This document shows, one piece after another, positions 24,323 to 37,800 of a DNA stretch of 64,000 bases. Every line of letters begins with the position of its first letter. The stretch's first letter is position 1. The notes beneath the pieces are model-generated. The model was not told where the DNA came from, did no database searches, and worked only from the letters and a program-made list of their open reading frames with translations. This stretch comes from Psilocybe cubensis (lineage: Eukaryota): contig CM039003.1 of assembly GCA_017499595.2 (NCBI GenBank), positions 310,001 through 374,000 on the forward strand, given 5' to 3'. The position numbers and the translations under genes were made by a program.

Positions 24323-24832
24323 GACTGAGATAGCGTAGATTCGTTCTACAGAAGTCTGTAGAATTATGTCTATCTATAAATACCTCTGAAGAGGTCCCTA
24401 TATCCTTCGGCTCGCAGGAATCTGGAGTGTTCTCTAAGGATTTGTAGGGACGCCGAACCTCGTATCACTGTAGATATAATGTTAGGTTTTGTAAGATGTT
24501 GACAAACCAAACCAAAACAACCGATGACAGGGCGACGACCTCAGAAAATTGGTTAAGATGTTTGCACCACACAGACGTGGTAAATTTTCGTACCTTGTTC
24601 ATCGTCGAATGATACAGTCGACATTGTCGTTGAATCAATAATCTCCTTGTGGGAATATTTACGTGTTACGCGTCGCGCGTTGCGCGTGCGCACGGGGCCT
24701 ATTCATTAGATATTCGTGGGAAATATCTCCAAACCTCAAATTGTCAACCAACCTCAAGGCTTGTCCTTGGCTTGTCCGAAGCGAACCTCAACTCCAACTG
24801 TACAACATTTGTGATCCTCCTGCGTCTGAAAT

Positions 24833-26156
24833 ATGTTGCTGTGAGTTTAGATTTTTTTTTCAAAATGGCACGTAGTTCACTTCACCCACGCCTCACCTGA
24901 TCGCCCTAGGCCATCAACCACCGATGACAGCCTTTTCGACGGGCTTTCTCCAGGAGACCTGTACAGATACGGTAGAACTTGTAAAAGGGCTCACGACGCA
25001 GTAAATTCCTTCATAAGGCGTAAATTCCATTTGCATGGTTTACTTGAGCGGTATTTCCAACCCAACGATGTATTCGATTTCCGGCGTCTACAAGCCAAGA
25101 CAGGGATGTTTATCTCTGGATCAACCGCCCTGCAATTCCTGGACCGCGTCGTATATCCAGAGTCTGACTTAGACCTATATCTTGAACATCGCTATCGCCA
25201 TGTAGTCGCACTATGGCTGACACAAGCCGGTTATCGTTACACGCCTCCGGTGACCTATCCGGACGAAACGCTTGATGAAGCGTTGGAACTGGTATCCGAT
25301 CTTCCACGTTTGGATGGGATGTTCTACACAATTACTCCGAAAGGATATTTTGGTGCAGCTATTGTGCTCAACTTCGAAAAGCAAAACCCTTGTCGTAAAA
25401 TCCAATTGATCACTTCTCACCATTCACCATTGCAATTGGTACTTAATTATCATTCGAGTGAGCCTTCCCTAAAAGTCGGGTTTGACGTATCTAAATCAAT
25501 TAAACAGCGTGCGTTATGAATATTATCACCCATGAAAAAGCATATTCTCTCTATCCACGAGGAACATTCGATGAGCGACGATCTTTACTCAACCTCCCAC
25601 TCAAATCGGAGCGCCTACAAGTAGCTACTACTAAATACTCTGCGAGGGGGTGGAAGATCGTTTCTAAGATCTCCACAGAGGAATTTGAGAATCCCAGGTC
25701 TGCCTTCTCACACGGTTTGCGCTACATTGGTGACGGAAAATGCTGGACATTATCCATTCTCCCCAAGCTTAACCTTCCTGATAGCACCATCGAAACAAAC
25801 TCATGGGTACACCTTTATGATTCTGACCTGGTCCCAACTATGTCCGCTACTGTCTTTGTCTCGGGTAGGCTTCGCTATGGATACCTCATCGGAGACGAAC
25901 CACTGCGCAGATATGTATCACACGTTTCGGACGCGTTTGATGGAAATTATCGGTCCGGAGAACAGTACGTATCTCGACTGTCATGCACTACAACGATTGA
26001 CTATATTCCACCAGGCAATTGGATTATATTTTTAGCAAAATGATTGAACATTTCCGCCAGAGAAAGAAGGCTAACCGTGATCCTGTCGATAGCCTGGGAG
26101 ATGAGAATGCGCCGCGGGAAACAAGGTCTGATTTTGCTGATACAAATACAGAATGA
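24833..26156 (+). CDS. F-box-like N-terminus plus nucleotidyltransferase-motif domain protein (~384 aa)
   Basis: Exons 24833-24840, 24910-25457, 25508-25964 and 26015-26156 total 1155 nt in frame. The protein starts MLLPSTTDDSLFDGLSPGDLYRYGRTCK and contains ISGSTALQFLDRVVYPESDLDLYL, KIQLI, YHSTCVMN and KYSARGW. Confidence 0.75.
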
Positions 26157-26327
26157 AATCAGCCCAAATATCATCGTTCTACATCCATATGATTGCCTAA
26201 TGTGGTTGCCCATCCTTTGGAATCTGGTCACGACTGCGCGCTAGATCGTCCATCGGAAATACCTGGCCCCCTGGCCTTGCGCTGCTGTCCGCTGTATATA
26301 CAGACACCCTTGCTGGCCCCACGGCGT

Positions 26328-27978
26328 CTACCGAATTACTACTGGTAAGTTGTTGAATTCGCTTTAGTTTCCAATGCACGTACATTGAGGATTATAAGTC
26401 TCAAGTCCTGTGATTCCTTGATTTGTATCCATCTCTTTTGAGCCCACTCTGCGTAGATTGAGAATTAATCTTGAAAGCATCAAGCTAGTTATTCTGTTCA
26501 CATGACACGGACCGGAGTTCAGGTTACTGCATCGTATCACCAGGGAGAAAGCTACTTACAAAGAACTGAAAGTGGCGTTGAGAGCTTTTAAATCTCCCTG
26601 CCAAGATAGTCTTTAGCTCAGGATACGACCTGTTGCGGATTGATTGTGGAGCTTACAGGCGCAGTCTTGGGAGAGTAGAGCGTCAGGGTTATGGGTTGTG
26701 CTATTGTCTGGAAATGAATGCACGTACAAGAAACATCACACTTGTAACGATGTTAGCGGCGCAAATGACCGCGAAGTAAATGACACCTGTGGGTTCGATC
26801 AGAACCGGAAGACCTGCGTAGGTTAGCACCAAGCATATGCGCACCGTCCCGAAACATCAGTTGGAGTAGCGACATCGTGGTACCCTTCATCGACATGTTG
26901 AGCATGACCGTCCTTACAACAGTGAACAAAAACATGGTTGTATCTGTAATTATTTGTTAGCACTGCTGTTTCAGTATTAGAGATTACCGTTATGTTACCA
27001 AATGCTAACTCGGCAACCCATGTCATTGCGAAGCGACTAGAAACAAACAGAATGGGATGAGCGTTTCGCCCAAGCCAGTCATACCACATACACTTCCTGT
27101 TTTCCGACAAGGATGCATCCCACAAGACCTTGGAGCCATTGTCACAGCGTAATGCTTCATATACGAGCGTTTGCATACCTGGAGGAAGAATTAATCTCGT
27201 CCCATTGGTCAGCGAAGCATACTGATTGAAATTTAATTTGTCAAGCTTGAAGGGGGAAAAATAGAAATGGAATTACAATTTTAACTGCGAGCTCTGCAGA
27301 TAGAAGAAGGGATCCAATAATCACCATCCGTTTGCTGGTCCCATAAAGTGCATAGATTCGAACGATGAATATAGCTTTAGGGAGTTTAGACTTTAGAGAT
27401 AGGCTAATGGTATGTTTCTGATCTCACCTCCAATGATTGCGTTGATAAAAAGCCTCACGATCTCAGGGAAGAGAACATATCGATCACAGAGCTCTGGACT
27501 CCAATTCGAATGAAATGCTTATGCACAGTTATAAGTCGGCCCATCAAAATTGGGTTCCTGTTAGATTTTTCTCACCAAAAATAATGAATATGAACCCTAG
27601 TGGGGAGAGATATCGATTCTGAAAGTGGGAGGTCAAATCCTTGTCCAATTGTAAAAGAAACAACACCTTGAGGGCCACATTGACTGACCAGGAACCATAA
27701 TATCGTAAATCTGGTAAATTTGCGGCGCCAAATACATTTTACTTCGTCCCCAAAAGTAAGCAGTATGTCGTAGTACAGCATGACTTGAGATTAATCAGCT
27801 GAGAACAGAAATTGAAAAGATACTGATTACACACCGCAGGAAGCCAATGAAAACATCTTCAGTGCCATACTATGATAATTGCAGGAGGTCACTGGCACTT
27901 CTCATGCAAGCATAAGTACACTCCTTACAGGTGATACGCAGCGGCAGCATATTGTTTAGAATCCAACTGTGTCTCCAT
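26328..27978 (-). CDS. DUF6533-type multi-pass membrane protein (multi-exon)
   Basis: The spliced N-terminus METQLDSKQYAAAAYHLMALKMFSLASCVMLYYDILLTFGDEVKCIWRRKFTRFTILWFL-NRY and the C-terminal MLSRLILNLR are hallmarks of this Agaricomycete family. Confidence 0.8.
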
Positions 27979-28950
27979 GGCTCAAAGTCGCAAGCAAGTA
28001 GGCGGGGAGAACCAGAGGACCAAGTGGGAGGTGCCGAGCTGTGAGATGTCAACTCGCCCTGCAGGTTTTAACCTTAACGTAGACGTCAGGCAATCTCATC
28101 AATATGCGCAGGAAGGTTGTGGGGTCAGTTCTCGCAGTGGGAAAAGACGGGTATAAAATAGAAAGAAATTTAAGCACAAACGCAACTGTTACTGTTTAAA
28201 ATGCCATGACAAGATGATCTCTGATGTTTTCCTTCTTCGCGTATATTTGGGATTGACCGGATGATCGGTTGCTATTGAGTAGTCGTTATGAATAGAAAAC
28301 GGATTTCTCAGGTTGGCTGAGATGTACCTCGGGTATATGCGCTTATTCATATGGTGCCTTCAATACGTAGTTCGCTACAGAGGCTGGCCAAGATCATGAG
28401 TCAAAAGGGTTCGACTTGGGTTCCGCCCAAGTTCCACCATATAATGGACGATTTGTGCTAATCTTGGAAGTGTGAAATGGTACATAAACAGAAAATCATG
28501 TGGGCCTGACAAGAACATTCGGACATCTACTAAACGGAAGTCTTTTCCCAGTGTTTTTAACCTTGATGAATTCCTCAATTCAGTTCACATTGAAATAGAA
28601 CCATTTCCGGACACCCCATCAGTTGATGCATACGGTACTGAGGTACCAGCGGTAGTATGGTGTAACCTTCAGAATCGAGGGAGATTAGTACATCTGGTTT
28701 AGAAATGGCTAGAACTTCCAAAGACCCCTCTGATCTTGCAAATACTTTTGGAGCGTGACACTTCAATTTCGCTAATTAGACATCCTCTCTACTTTCAATG
28801 CATCGAATCCTTCATAGGGTTTCATACACGAGTATCGGGTGTCAACAAATAGGCTTGGAGTCGCAGAAGAGATAAAGGTTTAGGTCGTTCAAAAATAGTT
28901 ACGTAGGGATGTGGGTAAGAGAGACAGTAATAAAAATATACCATTTAAGG

Positions 28951-31900
28951 TCATAGTCCATAATGAATAAATGGCACCCAGGAAAAGAAAGAAGCCTTGT
29001 ATGAACGATCTTCCCGGAGAGTCTTTAGTGCGTAATGTAGCGCATAGGCCGAATCTGTCGGGTCAGGTTTTGGCCGACTGAAAAGATAAGAATAGAAAAG
29101 ATCTGCAATTCTTGGACCGTCATCGTCAAAGATCGACCACATTGTCCCAACAACACTTTGGTAGCCTGCGGAGAGCATTCCTGCAGCTATATGCACCGCT
29201 TCTTCGGGCAAAAGTTCATCGCCAGTGGCTGTTTGACATGCAGAGAGAAAGGCAAACTCTGCATGGGGCAACGAAAGTTTAGAGATGTCGGATAGGGTCA
29301 GCTTGCCCCCACCTGATAGCATTAGGGCGCTCATGTGCGGGTCGTTTGGGTTATGGATACCGTGGCATGCAAAATGAACCCAGCCTGCCGACTGCATCCC
29401 ATTCAACACGTTTTCTCGAGTGGCTTCTAATTCGATTAAGGTTGATACTGGAAAACGGTCGTTGAGATTTTGTATTACCTCTACTTCAGCTTGTGAGCAA
29501 GGTAGTCCAGCCTCCACGGGCAGGGAGATAGCCACTAGATTCTGCCGTTTATTCTTGCGAGGAGTCATGCAGTTTATAAGCGAGCCTAGAGACGGAATGT
29601 AGGAAGAGACAGCGTAGTCTGAAACCTTGGACCCACGCCGTGAACTACCATCTTGCTCATAAATTCCAGCAGCATGGATGGGAAGCATGGTAAGAGGGCC
29701 CGTCAGACACCACCATATATGAGGGAGTTCCGTAATATTGTCGGGGTTTTTCTGAAATGAAGGTATTAGAAGAATTCAGACAGTGTTTATAACTGACTCA
29801 CAGCAAATCCGATTCCGTCTAGTATTGGTTTAACAACACCTGTCCAAAGTTTCGCCAGCAGGCCTGAGAAAATAACCTCGGGGTCCTGCGAGGTCTTGGG
29901 GGTAAGTGGCGACCTTTTTCTTGGTCCTCGGTTACTTCCACGAGCCCTGGTTGCACGTCGTATAAGGCTCTTCATAGTTCCCATTAAACCGTAGGCTTCT
30001 GACGAAGAAAAATTGTCGAGTGGGATGAGAACTATATTTTCTTGACCGGGTAATATAACCAGCGCGTCGCATCTGAATTTATTAATATTGACAGCAATAA
30101 CTGGACCATTGGAAGCTGCTCGGAAAAGGCTCGACATATCTTGAGGCTTGAGAAAATCGTGAAAGTTGTCTAGACCTCGAATTTTTTCCAGAAGTTTTTC
30201 CCTTTCATCTGCTAATTCGTGATATCGCGGCGAACCATTTCGAGTTTTCCTAGGCACAGATAACATCCGTTGTGAAGGGTTCTCGTCTTCCATATTTGCC
30301 AGCGACAGAGAAACCTCTATAAACTTCTGAGCAATATCGGGATACTGTGATGACAAAGAGTCCGTCGGTGCTCGAAGCTGTAGAATTTGACTCCAAATAA
30401 TTGAACGACCATATTCAAGCCATTCGAATGCAAGGTCGTATCGAGTAGCTTTAATGGCTGCCGCAACGGCGTCCAGAACCACTTCACCGACCTCAAGAAG
30501 TTGATGTTGTCGATTACGAATAGAGATACCCAGCCATGCTAAATTTGGGAGAAGCTGCATCGACGTTGTGTATCCCTTGATGGGGTCTCCATGATTCAGG
30601 GATTGACACCAGTATCCACGAAGTGACGCCGCTCGAAAGCGCCAACGAAAAGGGGAAGATTGCAGTGTCGAAGCTTTCAACAGTGCTGCATCGGCAGCCT
30701 CAAGATCCTCCACATTACGCAGACGCTCGTAGCGGACTGGAAGCCACCGACCGATATCAAATAAGAGCATATACCGATGGTCGTTTTTTTCAGTAAGTAT
30801 ATCCTGCGCTTTGCGATATAGGGACAGACATCGGTTGAGGTCGTCAATTTCACTTCTTTGAACATATCTCTGCGCAAGGGCCGAGCCGAGATCATGCATG
30901 ACGCTTGCCTTTTGCGACGAATCTTCGGAGAGTCGGGCAAGAGCGGATTCGAGTGTAACAATGGCTACGTTTAAGTCGTCTGGATCGCGGAAGTGCCAGT
31001 ATCGATCCAGTACAGCTAGGCTATACCTAGCCACAGCGTCCACCTTTTTTGTGTCTTCATCGGGTAAGCGTTCCATATGTTCCTTGAGGAATGCTACCGC
31101 ATCATTTGCGTCATTTATATCACCCGAAAGTTTGAGCCTCCTAAGACGCAGCAATCCTATGTTTGACTGAAGGTCATCATCGTTGTTGTCTCGGGATGGG
31201 GCAAGTTTAAGAGCTTTGTTATAAGCTTCGGCTGATTTGTTGAAATCATCGATATCACCTATGAGATCATAGCGATCCATAAGCGAAAAGCCCAGGTCGT
31301 TCAAAAGGGTATACTTGGTGATGTCTTCGTCCTGACGGATAGAGACAGCCTCGTCCAGAATACTGATTGCTTTGTTGAGATCAGCGAGGTTTCCAGATCG
31401 GCGGAACCGTCGAGTAAGAGCTGTAGTAAGGGCCCGTATATAGGACGAAGAAGGCCCAGATGATTCATTAGGAGATATAATGCAATGTTGAATGGATTCT
31501 GTGCAGAAGAAAACAGCGTTGTCCAAATTCTCCGCATCGCCTGCAACATCGAATTGTTGAATGTACACCGCCAAAAGCATGCCTAGCCATCTTGCCTTGT
31601 GAGTATCAGTTATAGGGAGAGAATCTGCCAGTGTTGAGATAGATTCCAGCATGTTCTGGTCGACTGAGCCCTGAAGCGATTCAAAACGAAGCGAGAGAAA
31701 AATACCAATATTGTGAAGGCGCAGCTTTCCTGCTAACCCTGTATCGCCCATCAACGACTCCATTTCTTCTTTGCAAACGTCCATATCAGTGGTACCGGAA
31801 AAGTTACGGAAAACCTCTACTAGGTCATAGAAACGTTGTTCTAGAATGGCAGTATTATTGACGTTTTCTAGGTCTGAGAATGAAAGAGGGTCTTCGAGGT

Positions 31901-34471
31901 ATTCGACGGCATCGTCAAGGTCGCAAAGTTGGTACGTCTGGTTGAACCGAATAAACAAAGACCGAGCCAGATTCATATAGCATTCGCTGACTAGTTGAGC
32001 GTCGTTCATCAATCCTTTTGATGCGTCCTTTAGGGATTGTATCGCCTTGTCGATGTCCTCTGCATGTTTCAGAACATCAAATCGTCCCATATATGCACGA
32101 CCGAGTTCACTGCACCAGCGAAATTTTTGAGGAACACCCTCCGGAAGCCCCCTCAATGCCTCCAGATAAGAGGTAATACATCGATTCAAAAATAATACGT
32201 CATCGTCTTTCAGAAAGCGCTGGTATAACAAAGAAGCGAGTGTGGCGAGGAGGTAAGGTCTGTCGCCGTGGTCAGTGGGAAGTGGTTGTAACGTCATCGT
32301 TAAAACGTTGTCGGCCTGGTCTAGATCAGATAGACCTTTGAAATGAACATATTTGCTGATGTACGCTTGTACAAGGGTATTTTTCCATAGTACCGTTCTT
32401 GAAGAATATGCTGAGGATGAAATGGATTGTTCAAATAAATCGATAGACTGGTCGATCAGCAAACGTTCTCTGCGTTGTTCGAAAAGCCGGAAGAGTAATG
32501 AGCCGAGATGAAATAACACCAGCGACTTGGAGAAACAGCTATCCGGGAGCTGCATGATAAAAGACCTAAAATGCGGCAGGACATCATCCAAGATGACGTC
32601 GGTCGAGATATTCGCCATTTCAAGTTTGGTAAACATGTTAAGATCCTGCATGATGGCATCGATGTTACCTTCGTCAAGTGCATCGATGTTACTGGCGAGG
32701 AGATTGGTGTACCTTCGGAACTCCTCGATACCCCACACCCCTTGATGCATCTGGCTATGAATCGCGTTCCCGAGGTTCTTGATATACTCAACCCTGTTTG
32801 GGTCCGTGTCGAGTGTGAGTGCAATTGCGTCTCGAATAAGTTGCGTTAGCCGATCAATATCTGATGAAGTACCTCTGGCCGCAAGAGATGTGGCCAGATT
32901 GTTCAGGACAGACGGTTTGAGAGGATCAACTTCGGGGAGTAGTTCCAGAGCCTGTTCATAAAGCGCTACCGATTCTTCGATGTTGGATTGGGTCCTGGTT
33001 TCTTTGAATTGTGAATACAGCGAATGAGCGAGGGACATGAGGAGATGGATTTTTCGTGGGTTGTCGTCAGGGGTAACACGCAAGAATCTCTTTTTGACAT
33101 CGAGGAGCCGTATAGTGTCACCACTGGTATTGCGTAGGGAAACACGAGTGTTCAAAACGTCGATCAAATCGATTAAAAGGGACACTATATGCGGTTCGCT
33201 GTCGGAAGTCAGTCGGATAGCGTTCTCTTGAGCAGCAATGGCGGCATCCAAGTCCGAGTCCTCTTTGCTTTCCAAGAAGCAATTAGCCAAAGCCACACCA
33301 ACGTAGTTACAAAGCACAGGTTTTTGCTTCTCGGTGTCGTCGATGGTCAGGACGACATGGTACATTCGCAATGTCATGTTTTTGAACATCGAAGGTCGGG
33401 AGCTGGAATATTGAACCATTTGTCGCTGATAGCACATACAAAGACTGATCATCATCCACTGCTTCTTTGGGTGGTCACCCGCGGCAAGTGAGAGGGCACT
33501 TTCCAGCATTGAAATAGCGACCTTAAGACCACGATTGTATACTGGGTACATTGGATACTTCTCTGGTTCGTCGCCTACGATGTTTAGGAAGGAATCATAG
33601 CGTGCCAGGTAAATATTTGCGAGCAGTGCCAGAGATCGAGGTGTATGCACATCATCTTTACGGTGCTTTAATAAAGTTCCGTATATTGTACTAAGTAGAC
33701 CTTGATCGGCACTCATGAAACTGGTGTCGGAATCGAGAATCTGGGTGAGCAGGAGGTCAATTGACTCCATTTCCATAGCCTTGACTGCACAGAACTTCGA
33801 TTCAGCAGGATTGGGAAATAAGGGTATGCGTACCGACTGAGATCACTGACTCAGGAGATAGACCTTTCTTAACGTTGGAGGTCATCAAATATGCCGTGAA
33901 AGAGAGGTTTAGAAAAAAATGCTGATCATCCTCGGATGAGATGTCGACAAGAAAACCTATACTAGTTATAAAAATTCACTGATAACGATGTAGAGTGATA
34001 AGCATTACGCACGGGTCTCTCGCTGTGAAGCAGGTGCTTGAATTTGCTCAGTGATTATATCAACAGTACCTAGGGAATTCTTCATGCCGTGATCGTCCAC
34101 TTGAAGGATTCTGATAGCGAATAAAGGATATATTATAGAGCTTCATGTGCTTTCAAGATTGTTTTCTGACGGTAGAAAGGTATAAAACTCACATCAGAAG
34201 TACCTCTTCCTCAAACGACCAAACTCCAGATTCCTTTGCAACTGCTTCTGTTTCGTCATGCACCACATCTTCAATGACTATATGCGCCTCAAATCGACAA
34301 CTATCATCAAATGGAACATTTTGCGAGGGCGCAGGAAGAATGCTGAGATCTACACAAATCAGCACGCTATTAGGACTGTTTCGAGCGAAAGTGCCTCACT
34401 TCGAAGAACGATTCTGCACAAATATATCAGTAAACTTTCAGATTGTTAGAAGGCTACACTGACGTGTCCAT
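28951..34471 (-). CDS. TPR-like repeat plus CHAT (caspase-fold) protease with an N-terminal C2-like domain (~1739 aa)
   Basis: Exons 34471-34458, 34413-34400, 34349-34193, 34140-34013, 33956-33834, 33784-29802 and 29751-28951 total 5220 nt in frame. Many DLDxAI-type helical repeats precede the CHAT motifs HIWWCLTGPL, WVHFACHG, FAFLSACQTATGD and WVPFIHYG. The first two micro-exons are less certain. Confidence 0.9.
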
Positions 34472-34892
34472 TGCACTTTGATTCTAGTTGAAGAATTTGC
34501 TTCTTGGATTCAGAACGAACCAGAACTATACGGGCGTTCTAAAAACGAACGCAAACGAGAGAAAGGGGTAAGAGATGGGCGGCCTAATATGCCAGCCAAA
34601 CTTTCCCTCCGACATTGTTCCTGTCGATATTTTCAAAGCTGTGTCTTGCATTCAGTTTCCAAGTCACCTCGAGTTTGAAGACGTATGAGATGTTGCGGAA
34701 AAAAGGAATCAACCAAGCATGAAACGGCGATGACGGCAAAACAATAATTTTTGTAATTCTGTTGCTTCAATCTTGAATCGGCGATTAAATGCTCAGTGAG
34801 ATGTTGGCCTCATTGTGCGTGATTGATTCAAACTCCGCATTTCTGCTCGCAAAACCTCCCATTTCCTCCAGTTACAACGGTTTCGGGCGCAT

Positions 34893-37800
34893 ATGTCAGG
34901 AGAACCCGTAATTATTGAAGATATTAATGAGGTATGAATATATTGAACTGAAGATGGGTGAATTTTCTTGACATATTGCAGTCAGAACTTTTGGGAGAGA
35001 ATGGCGAGGTTTACCTGTTTCAATGGCTATCCTCTACGGAAAAGCGATTAGAAAGTGTCGGATTGGTGAGTAATCATGGTCATTGAGCTTTTAAAATGTA
35101 TGCTAACTGAAAAATATCAATTCAAGGCAGATCTCAAGCCAAAACAATCAGATTTAGAGAAAGTGTTTGTCAAGGCCATATCTGCAGCAGATTCGTATCC
35201 ACCACCTGGACGCGCGATTCGCAACGTAATCGGACGATGTTTGGTTACCCTGTATACCCGCGGAGAGTCAAGATCAATGTTTGATACGATGCAGTCGTTC
35301 TTGAGGCTCGTTGGTGATTTCAAGACTCCCGACAAGGATGTCGTCAAGATGTGCGTTCTTTGCCTATTCTGCATGGGTTATATCTGATGATTGTATAGCG
35401 CTGCGTTCTCTTGTATTGGGGACCTAATGGCAGTTTTCGGATCTCAAGTGAGTTTACGAACTACTTATGTACTTTTAACTGTCTGAACCAGTCAGGTTAT
35501 GTCGTTTATGGCCGAAATATCTGCTGTCACCATCAAAACATATAAATCCTCGACTGTAAGTCCTTTACGGACGCATGTTATGACCTTGATGCTCAAATAT
35601 CGCAGCTAGTCCCCTCTTCTTCGATATCATGCGCTTGTGGCTTTATCTAAATCTTTAACGACGGCGAAACGAGCCGTGACGGATGCAACTTGCAAGGATA
35701 TCGTGAAACAGGCAAAGTCAGCTCTCACGGACAAATCATTGGCTGTACAGAGGGCTGCCTGTCAGGTATGTCTCGACTTGAATTCGGAAGAACGGCCCTG
35801 ATACTCCACAGATTCTGATCGCCATGTACACTACCAGCGATTCATTGAGCTTAACACCGAGCGAGGTGGATTCTATCGTTTCACAATCTGTGAAAAGTCT
35901 GGAGTCAGGAGATCAAGCTACACGACACGCTCATGCCCAACTTGTCGGCCACATTCTCGCGTCAACACAGATCGAGAGGGTTGTCCCTACACCTCAGGCT
36001 CCTCAGAAGAGTACAAAGGATGGAACACCGGAACAGGCTGACGACGGGATTTCATCATCGATTGCTGCAGCGGAAGTGACAAAAGCGATGTTTACCCCGC
36101 AAGAAATGTTCCTTCACCTTTCTACTCATTTTAACAAACCAAACGCAACTCGCAAAACAAGAATTGGAATATTCGACTTTTACGCAGCCCTACTAACCAA
36201 ATTGGGTATTACTTTTGTTGAATCGAACTTTTCGCTCATTGTGGCGCATTTGGTGTCCGACATTGCATCGAACCCGAGGAGCAACAGTAATCGCTATGAG
36301 ATTCTATTCACTCGATCGTTGGTTGGAATTTTGCTCCGCGATTTGGTTGGAACCCGCATGTTAAGCGAGCAGGGGCAGATAACTGCCATCCAGGAGATGG
36401 CAACTGCTTATCTCAAGCGTTGGCCAGCGATGATGCCTGGACAGGTGGCACCGTCTTCCACAGTTTTGGTGATTGTCCTCCGCGAAGTTGCCGGCCTGCT
36501 ACAACAACTTGGCAATGCCCCGCCTCCTGTCCAGGTATGTTACAAAATGATTTACATTTTACATTCTTTAATCACTTTCCCATCAGAATGCACTCGCAGA
36601 ACCGCTTGTTACGCTACTTTCACATCCCAGCCATACTGTTCGAGTAACAGCGTCATGGGCGCTCCGATGTTTCTGCCATTCAACGCCGCTGCGCTTGCCG
36701 AAGACAATCTTGACGGTGATGGATAAGCTCCAGAGAGACTTGTCGTCGCTAACAAACCCCAATAGCGCCGCCGAAGTTCCACTCAGAGCACTCGGTCATG
36801 CGTATGGTTTAGCCGCACTTGTTTCCATCATCCCACAGCGTCCGCTGTATGTCTCATACGACGTTAGTGCCAAAGTACTTGACATGGCCACTCAACTCCT
36901 CAAGCGAGCAGGAGAGCACGATGTCAAAGTAGCCGCAGTTGAAGTCGAGGTCGCATGGACACTGATTGCATCGTTGATGTCACTCGGCCCCAACTTTGTC
37001 CGCCCGCACCTACCCCAACTTCTTGTCCTATGGCGAAATGCACTTCCTAAACCAACGACTAAGGATTCGACAACCAATGCGGGCCGCTCAATCCATGAGT
37101 GGCTATTTCTTTTGCATGTGCGGGAAAGTGCTCTGGGGGCCATCTTATGTTTCCTGGAGAATAACGCTTCCACCCTTGTTACTTTGGATGTTGCCCGCCG
37201 TATCGCTTCTCTCCTCAGTAACGCCCTTTCATTTGCCAACAATTTCATCTCTCAAAACGTGGAAGATCCCACCGAGACCCAAGTGTCTTTGGTCCCCCGC
37301 AAAGGTCTAAATCTCCGAGAACGCGAAGCACTCCTTCGACGCCGCGTCCACCAGTGTTTTACTGCACTAGGATTCTCAAGTATTGCGGAATCCACACAAA
37401 TGGTGTTGTTGCAATCGGTAATCACCCTTTTTGCAAGCCCGGATGGTTATGCAGGTTCATCCGTACAGGCTGCGATTGCTTCATCATCCGGGACGTTCTC
37501 ATCTGTTTGGCAAAGTACAGATGGGTATGCATATGGTGTTACCTTCAATGAAGTTATCGATTTCGGTGGCATCGAGACCGGCAGTGATCTTGCGCAAGGA
37601 GCAAGTGATTATCTCAATCGCGATACTGTCGAAGTCTCTATTGATGCATTGGTATGTTGTCTATGAATTTCATTCATTTTCCGACGCTCATACTCCATCT
37701 AAGAATCGTAGACCTGTCTTTGGTGCATGCGAACACGACCCCTTGTCACTTTGCCAGACCAAGCAATCGGACACCGAATTTCAACTTCTTGAGCCTCCTC

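Noticed and set aside
26328-34892. Gasdermin or NLR partner beside the CHAT protease
   Set aside because: No recognisable gasdermin, NACHT or NB-ARC motifs in the flanks. The short ORF at 28472-28702 is uninterpretable.
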